From contig CBFDEM010000004.1 of the NCBI GenBank assembly GCA_965603825.1, positions 496,001-560,000 of the forward strand: 64,000 bases of DNA. The letters are read 5' to 3'. Source of the stretch: Blepharisma stoltei ATCC 30299. Lineage: Eukaryota > Protista > Ciliophora. The position numbers and the translations under genes are program-made. Below, one piece after another: positions 63,625-64,000 of the stretch (positions within the stretch are counted from its first letter, which is position 1; every line of letters starts with the position of its first letter). The notes below the pieces were generated by a model. The model was not told where the DNA came from. It was given only the letters and a program-made list of their open reading frames with translations, and did no database searches.

Positions 63625-64000
63625 TTAAAAAATAAATCCAAGGCTAAAAGCAACCGATATATATATACTTGAGCTAGAATTTTCTGTAGTTGTATCGTTA
63701 TTTGTATTAGTGCTTTGACTTTCGCCATTAGTATTTTGGCTAACAGTAGCTTGAGTCAAAGGGCTTGCATCATAGGCTAAAACGATAGAATCACTGCTTG
63801 TTCCTGAGCTGCTATGCTGAGCAATATCCCCACCAGCAATATTCCCTTTTGCTGAAATTGTTAAATATTGTCCATTTATTTGTAAACTGAGATCATCATT
63901 ATCTTCAGTATTTAATTGCCTGGTCCAGGAATAAACTGTATATGTATCCATTATCAACTGCTGTGTCTCTTGAAGACTATTTTTCCCACCATTTGATGTG
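63625..64000 (-). CDS. DOMON-like domain protein with GPI-type tail (5' part lies outside the window)
   Basis: GGKNSL..WTRQLNTEDNDD..ISAKG..H pattern; S/T-rich stalk; hydrophobic C-terminus. Confidence 0.6.
   Translation of the reverse strand, partial: TSNGGKNSLQETQQLIMDTYTVYSWTRQLNTEDNDDLSLQINGQYLTISAKGNIAGGDIAQHSSSGTSSDSIVLAYDASPLTQATVSQNTNGESQSTNTNNDTTTENSSSSIYISVAFSLGFIF

Noticed and set aside
1-64000. Mass pseudogenisation suggested by the fragmented ORFs
   Set aside because: The breaks are in-frame TGAs at Trp positions or tiny introns; frames are preserved in essential genes.
1-64000. Mycoplasma or mitochondrial origin (also UGA=Trp)
   Set aside because: Tubulin, proteasome alpha5, STT3, CK1 and GT-AG introns indicate a eukaryotic nucleus.
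1-64000. TGA as selenocysteine/Cys, or TAA/TAG as general Gln codons
   Set aside because: TGA aligns with Trp/TGG. TAA and TAG end all complete genes and are otherwise in frame only inside introns, plus one exception at 31400.
1-64000. tRNA/rRNA genes, telomeric repeats, transposases, IESs
   Set aside because: None recognised by eye; IESs cannot be called without MIC/MAC comparison.

Overview
AT-rich, gene-dense eukaryotic nuclear DNA in which TGA encodes Trp. TGA falls at invariant Trp positions (tubulin FVEWIP, kinase DxWSLG, chitin synthase QRRRW, PAP KLWAKR) and swaps with TGG between paralogs, while every gene whose 3' end lies in the window stops at TAA or TAG. Spliceosomal introns are only 15-16 nt. 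Together these point to a heterotrich ciliate macronucleus, most likely Blepharisma (inference). Re-read with this code, the fragmented ORF track collapses into about 24 genes. The first 15 kb is a tandem array of ~1170-aa receptor-like proteins (signal peptide, two Venus-flytrap/ANF-receptor-like domains, ~9 TM) with one 5' pseudogene fragment and mosaic, gene-conversion-like tracts. Then follow a divergent beta-like tubulin with a CCCCC tail, a Cys-rich GPI protein, PP2C, a SOS1-like Na+/H+ antiporter, a ~2450-aa LNR/beta-helix protein that shares the same TM module as the array, and a hybrid histidine kinase with an in-frame TAG in its receiver domain. The rest comprises a CTL/SLC44 transporter, STT3, a CDPK, poly(A) polymerase, an intact IQ-bearing chitin synthase plus a motif-degenerate paralog, CK1, a CBS with an animal-type heme motif, proteasome alpha5, an XLF-like NHEJ factor, a SAM methyltransferase, an FHA protein, a Cys-to-Ser DUSP and a partial DOMON protein. 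All assignments come from motif recognition by eye; no searches were run.
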